DNA of 33,017 bases, taken from positions 1 through 33,017 of the forward strand of contig JBPEXC010000060.1 in the NCBI GenBank assembly GCA_052032035.1, written 5' to 3'. This DNA is from Acidimicrobiales bacterium (lineage in GTDB: Bacteria > Actinomycetota > Acidimicrobiia > Acidimicrobiales > SZUA-35). The position numbers and the translations under genes were made by a program. Below the pieces are notes generated by a model. The model was not told where the DNA came from. It made no database searches and saw nothing but the letters and a program-made list of their open reading frames with translations. Shown one piece after another: positions 1-9,954 of this stretch; within the stretch, counting starts at the first letter, position 1, and each line of letters starts with the position of its first letter.

Positions 1-1704
1 TCCCCGATCGGCAAGGACCTGCGTCGCTACCTGATGGGCGGCATCGGCGTGCACCACGCCGGCCTGCTCCCCAAGTACCGGCTCCTCGTCGAGAAGCTGG
101 CCCAGGAGGGGCTGCTCAAGATCATCTGTGGCACCGACACCCTCGGCGTCGGCGTCAACGTGCCGATCCGTTCGGTGCTGTTCACCCAGCTCTACAAGTA
201 CGACGGCACCTCGACCCGCACCCTCAACGTGCGCGAGTTCCAACAGATCGCCGGCCGGGCCGGCCGCAAGGGGTTCGACGACCGCGGCACGGTGTGGGTC
301 CAGGCCCCCGAACACGTGGTGGAGAACCTGCGAGCAGAGGCCAAGGCGGCGGAGAAGGGCAAGAAGAAGGTCGTCAAGAAGAAGCAGCCCGACGACCGCT
401 ACGCCCACTGGACCGAGGACACCTTCACCAAGCTGATCAACGGGTCGCCGTCGTCGCTGCGGTCCAGCTTCGACGTCACCCACCAGATGGTGATGAGCCT
501 GCTCGACCGCCCCCGCGCCGCGGATGGCACCGACGGCTGCGACGCCGTGCGGCGCCTCATGACCGACAACCACGAGCCGCGCCGTCGACAGCGGGCCCAC
601 ATCCGGCGCAGCATCGCCATCTACCGATCCCTCGTCGAGGCCGAGCTGCTCGAGTTCCCCGACGAGCCCGACGAGCTCGGTCGCCGGGTCCGGGTCAACT
701 TCGACCTCCAGGACGACTTCGCCCTCCACCAGCCGCTGTCGCTCTGGGCCCTCACCGCGATCGACGAGCGGCTCGCCGAACAGGACGAGGCCGGCGTCGA
801 GGACGACCTGCCCCTGGCCCTCGACCTGGTGACGATCATCGAGTCGATCCTGGAGAACCCGGGCGTGATCATCGCCGCCCAGGTGAACCTGGCCAAGAGC
901 GAGGCGATGGCCGAGATGAAGGCGGCCGGCGTCGAGTACGAGGAACGCATGGAGCGACTCGCCGAGGTCGAGCCCCCGAAGCCGAACGCCGAGTGGCTCT
1001 ACACCAGCTTCGACCGCTGGCGGGTCCATCACCCGTGGGTCGGCAGCGACAACGTCCGCCCCAAGTCGGTGGTGCGCGACCTCTACGAGCAGGCGATGAC
1101 CTTCGGCGAGTTCGTCAACCACTACGGGCTCAAGCGCAGCGAGGGCGTGGTGCTCCGCTACCTGTCCGACGTCTACAAGGCGCTGCGCCAGAACATCCCC
1201 GACGCGGCGGCCACCGAGGACCTCGACGACCTGATCGAGTGGCTGGGCGTGCTCGTCCGCCAGGTCGACTCGAGCCTGATCGACGAGTGGGAGCGGATGA
1301 CCGACCCCACCGAGCAACCCGACGACGTGGAGGAGGTCCGCCCGCCGGCCGCCGACGACATCACCGCCAACCCCCGGGCGTTCCGCACGATGGTCCGGAA
1401 CCGGCTGTGGCGCTGGGTCGAGAACCTGGCCTTCAAGCGCAACTACGCCGAGTTGGGCGAGCTCGACGAAATCGTCGCCGCCATGACCCCCTACTGGGAG
1501 ACGTACGACTCGATCGGCATCGACGGCGACGCCCGCTCGGGCACACGGTTCCACTTCGACGCCGCCACCGGTCGCGCCACCCAGATCCTCGCCGACCCCG
1601 ACGGCCACGACGAGTGGCGCATCACCGCCGTGGTCGACCTCGAGGCGTCTCGCGACGAGGGCCGAGCGGTCGTCGTGCTAGAGGACGTGGCCCCACTCGC
1701 CTGA
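1..1704 (+). CDS. Ski2/HelY-like SF2 helicase, C-terminal part (DUF3516-type), 5'-truncated by the window
   Basis: Frame is open from base 1. Motifs GIGVHHAGLLPKYR, GTDTLGVGVNVP and motif VI QIAGRAGRKG. C-terminal 'YGLKRSEGVVLRYLSD...DSSLIDEWE' resembles actinobacterial DUF3516 helicases. Confidence 0.9.
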   Translation, partial: SPIGKDLRRYLMGGIGVHHAGLLPKYRLLVEKLAQEGLLKIICGTDTLGVGVNVPIRSVLFTQLYKYDGTSTRTLNVREFQQIAGRAGRKGFDDRGTVWVQAPEHVVENLRAEAKAAEKGKKKVVKKKQPDDRYAHWTEDTFTKLINGSPSSLRSSFDVTHQMVMSLLDRPRAADGTDGCDAVRRLMTDNHEPRRRQRAHIRRSIAIYRSLVEAELLEFPDEPDELGRRVRVNFDLQDDFALHQPLSLWALTAIDERLAEQDEAGVEDDLPLALDLVTIIESILENPGVIIAAQVNLAKSEAMAEMKAAGVEYEERMERLAEVEPPKPNAEWLYTSFDRWRVHHPWVGSDNVRPKSVVRDLYEQAMTFGEFVNHYGLKRSEGVVLRYLSDVYKALRQNIPDAAATEDLDDLIEWLGVLVRQVDSSLIDEWERMTDPTEQPDDVEEVRPPAADDITANPRAFRTMVRNRLWRWVENLAFKRNYAELGELDEIVAAMTPYWETYDSIGIDGDARSGTRFHFDAATGRATQILADPDGHDEWRITAVVDLEASRDEGRAVVVLEDVAPLA

Positions 1705-2766
1705 TTCGCGCAGCTCGGTGACGATCTTCTTCACGTCCTGGGCCCGATCCTTCGGCACGACGAGGGTGGCGTCGCCCTCGTGGACGACGACGACGTCGTC
1801 GAGGCCGATGACGGCGGTCAGCCGTCCCTCGGAGATGACGATGTTGTTCGACGCGTCGAGGAGCCGGGCGTCGCCCTTCACCACGTTGCCGGCATCGTCG
1901 GCCGGCAGGTGGTTGGCCACCTCGGGCCACGAGCCGACGTCGTCCCAGGAGAAGTGACCCTCGGCCATGACGATGTTGTCGGCCTTCTCCATCAGGGCGT
2001 AGTCGATCGAGATCTTCTCGAGCGGCTCGAAGCCGGCGGCCAGGGCGTCGGCGAAGCCGGGGGTGCCGACGGCGGGCACGAGGTCGTCGATGAAGGCGGC
2101 CAGCTCGGGCCGGTGCGCGGCGAACGCGGCCTGGAGGTGCTCGGCCTTCCACACGAACATGCCGGAGTTCCACCAGAACGACCCGGTGGCCAGGTACTCC
2201 TCGGCGGTGGCGACATCGGGCTTCTCGACGAACCGGATCACGTCGCGGACCGCCACGTCGCGCTCGCCCTCGAGCACGGCACCCGACTCGACGTAGCCGA
2301 ACGCGGACGACGGATGGGTCGGCTTGAGGCCGATCGTGACCAGGACGTCCTCGGCGGCCGCCAGCTCGAGGCCGGTGGCGAGGGTGGCGCGGAACAGCTC
2401 CAGGTCGCCCATCACGTGATCGGCGGTGAGGATGCAGAACACACCCTCGGGATCGCGACCCTTCACCACGGCGGCGGCCAGGGCGACCGCGGCGGCGGTG
2501 TCGCGCCGGACGGGTTCGCCGATCACGTTCTCGGCCGGCAGGTCGGGGGCGGCGGCGATCGTCGGCGCCACCAGGTCGGCGCTGGTCAACACCAGCACCC
2601 GCTCCGGCGGGATGAGGCCCTCGAGCCGGTCGACGGCCATGCCGAGCATCGGCCGCTCGCCGAGCAGCCCGAGGAGCTGCTTGGGCCGCTGCATCGTCGA
2701 GGCCGGCCAGAAGCGCTCGCCGTAGCCTCCGGCGAGGATGACTGCGAAGGCGTGATCGAGGTTCAC
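1678..2766 (-). CDS. manC: mannose-1-phosphate guanylyltransferase (no PMI cupin domain)
   Basis: AVILAGGYGERFWP..RPKQLL, EPVRRDTA, FVEKPD, WNSGMF, ISIDYALMEK, WDDVGSW. GTG start at 2766 overlaps the upstream stop; the longer 830-aa ORF call is spurious upstream of this. Confidence 0.92.
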   Translation of the reverse strand: MNLDHAFAVILAGGYGERFWPASTMQRPKQLLGLLGERPMLGMAVDRLEGLIPPERVLVLTSADLVAPTIAAAPDLPAENVIGEPVRRDTAAAVALAAAVVKGRDPEGVFCILTADHVMGDLELFRATLATGLELAAAEDVLVTIGLKPTHPSSAFGYVESGAVLEGERDVAVRDVIRFVEKPDVATAEEYLATGSFWWNSGMFVWKAEHLQAAFAAHRPELAAFIDDLVPAVGTPGFADALAAGFEPLEKISIDYALMEKADNIVMAEGHFSWDDVGSWPEVANHLPADDAGNVVKGDARLLDASNNIVISEGRLTAVIGLDDVVVVHEGDATLVVPKDRAQDVKKIVTELRESGEWGHVL

Positions 2767-3992
2767 CGGTTGCTCCTGAGTGCGTCGAAGAGGGATTCGT
2801 AGGCCTCGGCCTGCGCGGCCGGGGTGAGGCAGGACTCCAGATGGGCACGGCCCGCCCGACCCATCGCCTCCATCCTGGCAGGATCGGCGAGCAGCGCCTC
2901 CAACGCCGAGATGAACGCTGCGGGGTCCTCGGGTGGCACGCTGACGCCGCCACCGGCCTCGTCGAGGGTGAGGGCCACCTCCGACCCCTCGTCGATGGCG
3001 GCGAGGCACGGCCGGCCGGCCGCCAGGATCCCGTAGAGCTTCGACGGCGTGCTCGAACGAGCCAGCCCCCGCTTCAACAGGACGAGGTGGAGGTCGGCCG
3101 AGCCGAGGACGTCGCTGACGGCCTCCCGGGGGGCGAAGTCGGACACGGTGACGTTGGACCGTCGGGCCGCCCAGGCGTCGACGGCGGGTCGTGCCGCCCC
3201 CTCCCCGTTGATCACGAAGTGGATCCCCGGCCGGTCGGCGAAGTGGTCCGACGCCGCCTTCACCAGGTCGAACGCCTGGCTGAGGCCGACGTTGCCGGAG
3301 TACATCACCACGGTCTTGCCCTCGAGCCCGTGGGCTCGGCGGTAGTCGGTCGCCCCCTCGACCACCCGCACCCGCTCGGGGTCGACGAAGTTCTTGATGA
3401 TGTGGACGCGCTCCCCACCGCCGTCGAGCTTCGCCCGAACGTTGGCCGCCTGGTCCTCGCTCAGCACGGTCACGGCGTCGGCCCGCCGGTAGAGGGTTCG
3501 CTCGTAGCGACGGGCGGCGGCGATCACCTTCGGGTTGGTGAGGGCCCCGAGGTCGACGGCGACGTCGGGGAAGATGTCCTGCACGTTGAACACGAACGGC
3601 GCCCGGTAGCGGGCGGCGGCCAGCCAGCCCGCCTCGCCGAGGAAGATCGGCGGCGACATCGCCATGACGACGTCGGGCCGTGGCCGGCCGAGCGAGCAGG
3701 CGGTCAGCAGCCCGGTGAAGCCCACGAAACCGGCGGCCCGGGCGACCAGGTCGTTCTTGTCGGTGGGGAACGGGTAGACCCGCACGATCGAGCCGAAGTC
3801 GGTGGTCTCGGTCCGGACCGGCCTGCCGGTCCAGGCGGGGTCGACGGCGTGGTCCTTGTACCACGGGAGACTGGTCACCACGTCGATCTGGTGGCCCCGG
3901 TCGGCCAGGGCGTGGACGAGGCGACTCATCACCTCGCCGGTGGCGGCGTGGAGGTCGGGTTCGAAGTGGGGGCAGAGCAGCAGGAGTCTCAT
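2763..3992 (-). CDS. glycosyltransferase family 4 (WbuB/WcaI-like)
   Basis: Start MRLLLLCPHFEPD; SPPIF, VQDIFPD, MYSGNVGLSQ, PSKLYGILAAGRP motifs; ATGA overlap with the upstream gene. Confidence 0.88.
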   Translation of the reverse strand: MRLLLLCPHFEPDLHAATGEVMSRLVHALADRGHQIDVVTSLPWYKDHAVDPAWTGRPVRTETTDFGSIVRVYPFPTDKNDLVARAAGFVGFTGLLTACSLGRPRPDVVMAMSPPIFLGEAGWLAAARYRAPFVFNVQDIFPDVAVDLGALTNPKVIAAARRYERTLYRRADAVTVLSEDQAANVRAKLDGGGERVHIIKNFVDPERVRVVEGATDYRRAHGLEGKTVVMYSGNVGLSQAFDLVKAASDHFADRPGIHFVINGEGAARPAVDAWAARRSNVTVSDFAPREAVSDVLGSADLHLVLLKRGLARSSTPSKLYGILAAGRPCLAAIDEGSEVALTLDEAGGGVSVPPEDPAAFISALEALLADPARMEAMGRAGRAHLESCLTPAAQAEAYESLFDALRSNR

Positions 3993-5074
3993 GCGAGCCC
4001 CCGACGATACGCGGCCGCCAGCGCCGCTCCTGCCTCGCCCCAGCCGAACCGGGCGGCCCGGTCGCGCCCGGCCGCGACGAGACGGGCGCGCTCGGCGGGA
4101 TCGTCGAGGACGCGCCCGATCGCCGTCGCCAGGGCCGCAGGCTCGCGAGGCGGCACCAGGATCGCCGCATCGCCTGCGACCTCGGGCATGCAGGTGGCGG
4201 TCGTCGCCACCACCGGGCATCCCCGCGCCATCGCCTCGACGATCGGGTTGCCGAAGCCCTCGTACTCCGAGGGGAACACCAACGCCTCGGCGCGGTGGTA
4301 GAGGGCGTCGAGCTCGACCTCCGGCACGCGGCCGAGGGCCTGGACCGGCACGTCGAGGTCGGCGGCGCGGGCCCGCACCGTCGGCAGTTCGGGACCGGGC
4401 CGCCCGGTGAGCACGACGCCGAGGTCGGGGTGCTGTGCTCGCACCCGGGCCACCGCCTCGATCAGGTCGACGTGTCGCTTGTGGGGGTAGGCGATCGCCG
4501 GGAGCAGGACGAAGCGGCCGTACCGCTCGGCGGCGGCCAACGCTGCGGCGTCGGGGGCCGCCGGGGCATCGTGGCCGTGGGGCACGACGACCACCCGATC
4601 GACGTCGCCGTCGAGCAGCTCGACCACCCGCTCGGCGGTGAACGCGCTGGGACAGAGCACGAGCCGGGCCCGGCGGACCGAGGGGCGCAGGGTCGAGCGC
4701 AGCCACGCCAGCTTGGCGGCCGAGAAGTTCTCCGGCATCTCGAGGGGCTGGAGGTCGTGGATCGTGAGCACGGTCGGCGTCGACGTCACGAACGGCACCA
4801 CGCCCCCGGCGTGGTGGACGAGGTGGTCGTGGCGTGCCGCCCACGCCAACCACGAGTGTTCGGCGGCGATCCGGTCGAGTTTGGAACGCGGCGTCCACGG
4901 AGGGTGCACGATCTCGTGGCGTTCGCCGAGCTCGGGGTGGGCGGCGACCAGATCGGGTCGGCAGTAGAGCCGGAGCGGCTCGTCAGCGTCGACCGCGCTC
5001 AGGAGCCGGACGGTGTACTCCTCGCTGCCGCCGACCACGCCGGTGACCAGCCACAGCAGGTTGACCCCGATCAC
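3989..5074 (-). CDS. glycosyltransferase family 4
   Basis: VLTIHDL, YPHKRH, FPSEYEGFGNPIVEAMARGCPVV (EX7E motif). Confidence 0.9.
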   Translation of the reverse strand: MIGVNLLWLVTGVVGGSEEYTVRLLSAVDADEPLRLYCRPDLVAAHPELGERHEIVHPPWTPRSKLDRIAAEHSWLAWAARHDHLVHHAGGVVPFVTSTPTVLTIHDLQPLEMPENFSAAKLAWLRSTLRPSVRRARLVLCPSAFTAERVVELLDGDVDRVVVVPHGHDAPAAPDAAALAAAERYGRFVLLPAIAYPHKRHVDLIEAVARVRAQHPDLGVVLTGRPGPELPTVRARAADLDVPVQALGRVPEVELDALYHRAEALVFPSEYEGFGNPIVEAMARGCPVVATTATCMPEVAGDAAILVPPREPAALATAIGRVLDDPAERARLVAAGRDRAARFGWGEAGAALAAAYRRGLA

Positions 5075-6150
5075 GGGCGCACCTCCTCGAAGACCGCGGC
5101 GTAGCCCTCGGCGGTCGCCCGCCAGGTGGCGGACGCCGCCCGCGTCGAGCCCGCCGCGACCAACGCCGATCGCACCTCGTCGTCGCCCACGACCTCCGCG
5201 ATCGCGGCGGCGATCGACTCGACATCGGTCGGGTCGACCAGGCGGGCGGCGCCGGCGGCCACCTCCTCGGTGGCGGTGCCGGCCGAGGTGACGACCGGGG
5301 TGCCAGCCGCCATCGCCTCGAGGACGGGCAGGCCGAACCCCTCGGCCAACGACGGGAAGACGAACACCGTCGCCGCCGCGTAGAGCGCCCGGAGTTCGGC
5401 GTCGTCGACGAACCCGAGGCGGTGGACGCGCTCACCGAGCGGCGCCAGTACGTCACGCCCGTCGAGCTCCCACCCGTCGGGCCCGACGACGACGAGATCG
5501 ATGTCGAGATGCGTCAGCGCCTCCACCAACCGCTGCAGATTCTTGCGGGGCTCGAGGGTCCCGACCCAGAGCACGAAGTCAGCAGGCAGGCCCGCAGGGA
5601 GCCGGCCGGGCTCGGGGTCGGCCTCTGAATCGATCGCGTCGACGCCCCACGGCACCACCCGCACCCGGGTCGCGTCGGCGCCGTGCCGCACCACCGCGTC
5701 GGCGACCACCGACGACGGCACGACCAACCGGTCGGCCCGGTCGCACGCGACGGCGAACGCCTTCGGATGGAACCAGCGGCCGCGTCGCGACAGGTACTCG
5801 GGGTGGTCGAGGAAGTCGACGTCGTGCACGGTCACCACCAGCGGCGTCCCCGGCGACGACGGTCGCGGCGGCACGACGACCGCCGGCGACCAGATCAGGT
5901 CGTAGGGTCCGCCCACCGCCGCCGGTCGGCCGAGATGGTGCCAGGCCTCGTAGAGCGCCGGACGGGGCAGTCGGTGCTGCCGCACCGGGATCGGGAGCGC
6001 CCGATCATCGCGGTGGGCGGCGGCGATCCCGGTGAGGCGGAACCGGTCGAGTTCGACGAGGGCGTCGAGGGTGCGGGCGAACGCCCGGTGGGTGCCGCCG
6101 GGCACCCGGTGCCAGGCCGACTCCGCGACGACGCCGAGATGTGCGCCCAT
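5071..6150 (-). CDS. glycosyltransferase family 4
   Basis: VVTVHDV, VGTLEPRKNL, FPSLAEGFGLPVLEAMAAGTPVV (EX7E motif). Confidence 0.9.
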   Translation of the reverse strand: MGAHLGVVAESAWHRVPGGTHRAFARTLDALVELDRFRLTGIAAAHRDDRALPIPVRQHRLPRPALYEAWHHLGRPAAVGGPYDLIWSPAVVVPPRPSSPGTPLVVTVHDVDFLDHPEYLSRRGRWFHPKAFAVACDRADRLVVPSSVVADAVVRHGADATRVRVVPWGVDAIDSEADPEPGRLPAGLPADFVLWVGTLEPRKNLQRLVEALTHLDIDLVVVGPDGWELDGRDVLAPLGERVHRLGFVDDAELRALYAAATVFVFPSLAEGFGLPVLEAMAAGTPVVTSAGTATEEVAAGAARLVDPTDVESIAAAIAEVVGDDEVRSALVAAGSTRAASATWRATAEGYAAVFEEVRP

Positions 6151-6156
6151 CGACCC

Positions 6157-7095
6157 CTAGAGCCCGGACTCGGCCCTGAAGTGGTCGATGGTGCGCTGCA
6201 GGCCGGAGGCCAGGTCGACGGTCGGGCCCCACCCGAGTTCGCGGTTGGCGACCGTGAGATCGGGCCGACGCTGGGTCGGGTCGTCGGCCGGCAACGGCTC
6301 GAAGGTCAGCTCGCTGGACGACCCGGTGAGCTCCAGCACCTTGGTCGCCAGTTCGATCATGGTGAACTCGCCGTCGTTGCCGATGTTGACCGGCCCGGTG
6401 TAGTCGCTGTCGAGCAGCCGCAACTGGCCCTCGATCTGGTCGTCGACGTAGCAGAAGCTGCGGGTCTGGCTGCCGTCACCGTAGATCGTGATCGGCTCGC
6501 CCCGCAGCGCCTGCATCACGAAGTTGGTGACGACCCGGCCGTCGTCGGGCCGCATGCGCGGCCCGTAGGTGTTGAACGTCCGCACGATCCGCACGTCGAG
6601 TCCGTGCGCCCGGTGGTAGGCCATCGTGATCGCCTCGGCGAACCGCTTGGCCTCGTCGTACATCGAGCGCGGCCCGTTGGGGTTGACGTTGCCCCAGTAG
6701 GTCTCGGGCTGGGGGTGGACCTCGGGGTCGCCGTACACCTCGCTCGTCGAGTTGAGGTGGAACTTGGCGCCCTTCTCGCGGGCCAGGCCCAGGCAGTTGT
6801 GGGTGCCGAGCGAACCGACCTTCAGGATCTGGATCGGGATCCGGGCGAAGTCGACCGGCGACGCCGGCGACGCGAGGTGCATGACCGTGTCGACCGGACC
6901 GGGGATCCAGATGTGGTTGGAGACGTCCTGCTTGACGAAGCTGAACCCGTCGCGCCCGAACAGGTGCTCGATGTTCTGGGTGCGGCCGGTCTGCAGGTTG
7001 TCGAGGCACACCACCTCGTCGCCCCGCTCGAGGAGACGATCACACAGGTGCGACCCGAGGAAGCCGGCGCCGCCGGTGACGACGACGCGGGCCAT
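6157..7095 (-). CDS. UDP-glucuronic acid decarboxylase (UDP-xylose synthase) family SDR
   Basis: [52 protein letters not shown] at 7095 shares one base with the ugd stop. Confidence 0.88.
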   Translation of the reverse strand: MARVVVTGGAGFLGSHLCDRLLERGDEVVCLDNLQTGRTQNIEHLFGRDGFSFVKQDVSNHIWIPGPVDTVMHLASPASPVDFARIPIQILKVGSLGTHNCLGLAREKGAKFHLNSTSEVYGDPEVHPQPETYWGNVNPNGPRSMYDEAKRFAEAITMAYHRAHGLDVRIVRTFNTYGPRMRPDDGRVVTNFVMQALRGEPITIYGDGSQTRSFCYVDDQIEGQLRLLDSDYTGPVNIGNDGEFTMIELATKVLELTGSSSELTFEPLPADDPTQRRPDLTVANRELGWGPTVDLASGLQRTIDHFRAESGL

Positions 7096-8372
7096 CAGCG
7101 CCCGATGCCGCGGTAGTTGAAGCCGCGCCGCTCGAGCTGCGAACGCTCCAGGATGTTGCGGGCATCCACGATGTTGAGCCCCGCCATCCCCTCGGCCACC
7201 TTGTCGAAGTCGAGCCACCGGAACTCGTCCCACTCGGTGAGCACGACCAACACCTCGGCCCCCTCGACCGCCGCATACGGGTCGTCGACGACCTCCATGT
7301 CCGGCACATCGTCGATCTGGTGATCGGTGACCGGGTCGTACGCCCGGATCTGGGCGCCGGCCCCGGCCACCCGCTTGGCGACCTCGATCGCCGGCGACTG
7401 CCGCAGGTCATCGGTCCCGGCCTTGAACGTGAGCCCCCACACCGCCACCTTGCGGCCGGCCGGGTCGTTGCCCAACACGTCGAGCACCTTGCGAGCCGTC
7501 CGATCGAACTGCTCGTCGTTCACCCGCAACACCTCACGCAGGTACGAGAAGTCATAGCCGTGGTCCTCGGCGATCCGAGCCAACGCGATCGTGTCCTTCG
7601 GGAAACAGCTCCCGCCCCACCCCGGACCCGGACGCAGGAACTCCTTGCCGATCCGCTTGTCGTAGCCCATCCCGAGCACGACGTCGTTCACGTCCGCGCC
7701 GACCGCCTCGCACAGGTTCGCGATCGCGTTGACGAACGACAGCTTCGACGCCAGGAACGCGTTCGACGCGTACTTGATCGTCTCCGCCGAGATCGGGTCG
7801 GTCACCATCAACGGCGCGTGCACCTTCGCGTAGAGACCCGCGACCTTGATCGCCGCCTCCTGATCACGCGCACCGATCACGACACGATCAGGCTTCAGGA
7901 AATCGTCGACCGCTGACCCTTCACGCAGGAACTCCGGATTCGACACCACCGCGATGTCGGACCGGCCGATCACCCGGGCGACCAGACCGGTGGAACCCAC
8001 CGGCACCGTCGACTTGTTGACCACCACCGACTCGTACGGCAACACCGGCGCGATCTCCGCAGCCGCGGCCTCGAGATAGGACAGGTCGGCCGACCCGTCG
8101 TCACCCTGCGGGGTCGGCACACACAGGTAGTGGAAGTCGCAGTCCTTCGACGCCTCGGTCGCGCCGACCACGAAACTCAGGTTGCCCGACGCGATGCCCT
8201 CGGCCACGAACTTGTCGAGGTTGCGCTCCACGATCGGGATCTCGCCCCGCTTCAGGCGAGCGACCTTGTCGACGTCGATGTCGGCACACACCACCTCATG
8301 GCCGAGATGGGCGAAACACGCTCCGGTCGTCAGACCGACATATCCCGTGCCGATCACTGCGATTCTGGCCAC
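7095..8372 (-). CDS. ugd: UDP-glucose 6-dehydrogenase
   Basis: [49 protein letters not shown] (catalytic Cys), WGLTFK. GGAGG RBS upstream. Confidence 0.95.
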   Translation of the reverse strand: MARIAVIGTGYVGLTTGACFAHLGHEVVCADIDVDKVARLKRGEIPIVERNLDKFVAEGIASGNLSFVVGATEASKDCDFHYLCVPTPQGDDGSADLSYLEAAAAEIAPVLPYESVVVNKSTVPVGSTGLVARVIGRSDIAVVSNPEFLREGSAVDDFLKPDRVVIGARDQEAAIKVAGLYAKVHAPLMVTDPISAETIKYASNAFLASKLSFVNAIANLCEAVGADVNDVVLGMGYDKRIGKEFLRPGPGWGGSCFPKDTIALARIAEDHGYDFSYLREVLRVNDEQFDRTARKVLDVLGNDPAGRKVAVWGLTFKAGTDDLRQSPAIEVAKRVAGAGAQIRAYDPVTDHQIDDVPDMEVVDDPYAAVEGAEVLVVLTEWDEFRWLDFDKVAEGMAGLNIVDARNILERSQLERRGFNYRGIGR

Positions 8373-8385
8373 CGCTCATCCTCCG

Positions 8386-8420
8386 AGTCGGGTCGCGTAC
8401 AACGGCGAGGCTACCCGACT
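8386..8420. promoter_or_regulatory. inverted repeat overlapping a putative ugd promoter (-10 TAGCCT on the minus strand)
   Basis: AGTCGGGT (8386-8393) and ACCCGACT (8413-8420), extendable to 11 bp with one mismatch; lies just upstream of the RBS. Confidence 0.4.
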
Positions 8421-8493
8421 GCTCCGCCGCTCCGATTGAGGGACCCTCCCCACCAGACCTCTCCAGCCTGGTGCAACGGCCCTACTGCAAACC

Positions 8494-9954
8494 CTAGCCG
8501 CAGGCGTAGGGATCGATGGCAGGCACGGCCGCCGCCACTTCGGGCTCTGCTGCCGGCTCTGCTGTCTCCTCGGGCTCTGCTGTTTCCTCGGGCTCTGCTG
8601 TCTCCTCGGGCTCTGCTGCTGGCTCTGCTGCTTCCTCGGGCTCCGGTTCCTCCGCCGGGGCCGCGGGAGCGCCGACCCGCACGACCAGGGTGCGGCCCGG
8701 GAGGGTCTCGACCGGTTCGAGCGTGACCGTCCAGCCCGGGTCGGCCGCCGACAGGGCCGCCGCCACCACGGCGGCCGCCTGGGCGCCGTCGCCGCCGTGA
8801 CGGATGACCACCACGCCGTCGTCGACCGCCGCCCCGCTGGCGCCGTCGACATCGAAGCCGGCCGCATCGAGGGCGTCGGCGACCTCGTCGGCCCGTCCCC
8901 CGGCATCGCCGACCACGCTCACCCGGACCGTCGACGGGTCGGTCGCCGCGGTGCCCCGGAACAGCTCGAGCACCGGCTCGGCGTCGACCTCGACCAGGCC
9001 GAGCACCAGATCGGTGCCGACCGTCCGGTCGTAGACCGGCAGGCTGTAGGTGGCCAGCTCGTCGGGATCGAGGGCGTTGAAGCTACGGCCGAGGTCCAAC
9101 AACAGCTGCGGTGTCAGCTCGGAGTCGATCGTGACGTTCTCGAGGCCGACGTCGACGAGATCCGACAGCACCAGCGGGTTGCGGGCGCCGCGGTCGATCG
9201 CCTCCCGCATCAGCGACTGCAGGAACGCCTGCTGGCGGATGATCCGCCCCAGATCGCTGCTCGGGGTGGTGTAGCGCCACACCCCCTCGTCGTCCTGCAC
9301 CTGGTAGTAGCGCGACCGCACATAGGCCAGGGCGGTCTCGGGGTCGAGGGCGTGGCAGCCGGGGGTGAGCACCTCGAACCCGGTCTGGCTCGCCCCGGTG
9401 ACCACGTTCCAGTCGCGAGCCGGCTGGGGGAACGACACGTCGACCGAACCGACCGCCTCCACCAGCCCCTCGAACCCGGCGAAGTCGACGGCGGCGAAGT
9501 GGTGGATGGGGATCCCGAAGTTGGCCTCGATCGTGTCGATCAGGGTGGCGGCCCCGCCGACGCCATAGGCGTAGTTGATGCGCTGGGAGATCCCGGTGTC
9601 ACCGATCTCGACCCACAGGTCGCGGGGGAACGACACCATCGCCGCGGTGCCGGCGACCTCGTCGAGGTGGACGACGATGATCGCGTCGGCGAGCCGCTGA
9701 TCGCCCCGGTTGGTCTGGATCGGGTCGTCGGGGTCGAGGCCGGCCGAGGAGTCGTAGCCGACGAGGAGGAAGTTGACGATCCGCTCCCCCGGTTCCGCGT
9801 CATCGCTGGTCGACAGGGACCCGGCCAGCTCCACCCGTTCGATGCTCTGCACCTGGCCGTAGCTCTCGTGCAGCACGTAGGCGAGCCCGAGCGCGGCGAC
9901 CACGCTCACGACGTTCAACGCCAACAGCGCCCGTTCGAACCAGCTGCGCCTCAT
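8494..9954 (-). CDS. LCP (LytR-CpsA-Psr) family glycopolymer transferase with LytR_C-like domain and acidic tail
   Basis: N-terminal TM helix; NFLLVGYDS, ADAIIVVHL, SFPRDLWV, RINYAY, VDFAGF, ALAYVRSR, SDLGRIIRQQAFL. Confidence 0.9.
   Translation of the reverse strand: MRRSWFERALLALNVVSVVAALGLAYVLHESYGQVQSIERVELAGSLSTSDDAEPGERIVNFLLVGYDSSAGLDPDDPIQTNRGDQRLADAIIVVHLDEVAGTAAMVSFPRDLWVEIGDTGISQRINYAYGVGGAATLIDTIEANFGIPIHHFAAVDFAGFEGLVEAVGSVDVSFPQPARDWNVVTGASQTGFEVLTPGCHALDPETALAYVRSRYYQVQDDEGVWRYTTPSSDLGRIIRQQAFLQSLMREAIDRGARNPLVLSDLVDVGLENVTIDSELTPQLLLDLGRSFNALDPDELATYSLPVYDRTVGTDLVLGLVEVDAEPVLELFRGTAATDPSTVRVSVVGDAGGRADEVADALDAAGFDVDGASGAAVDDGVVVIRHGGDGAQAAAVVAAALSAADPGWTVTLEPVETLPGRTLVVRVGAPAAPAEEPEPEEAAEPAAEPEETAEPEETAEPEETAEPAAEPEVAAAVPAIDPYACG
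8540..8653. repeat. coding tandem repeat (12/18-bp units) encoding AEPEET/AEPA in the LCP C-terminus
   Basis: Core GGCTCTGCTG at 8543, 8555, 8573, 8591, 8609 and 8621 (spacing 12, 18, 18, 18, 12). Confidence 0.9.

Noticed and set aside
1678-4170. Apparent long fusion ORFs (830-aa manC, 784-aa LCP, 705-aa acyl-CoA DH, 690-aa LLM)
   Set aside because: The N-terminal extensions are low-complexity Arg/Pro-rich reads over neighbouring genes; true starts are internal and coupled to upstream stops or promoters.
8540-8653. Possible CRISPR-like array
   Set aside because: Units are 12-18 bp, in-frame and lack unique spacers; no cas genes nearby.
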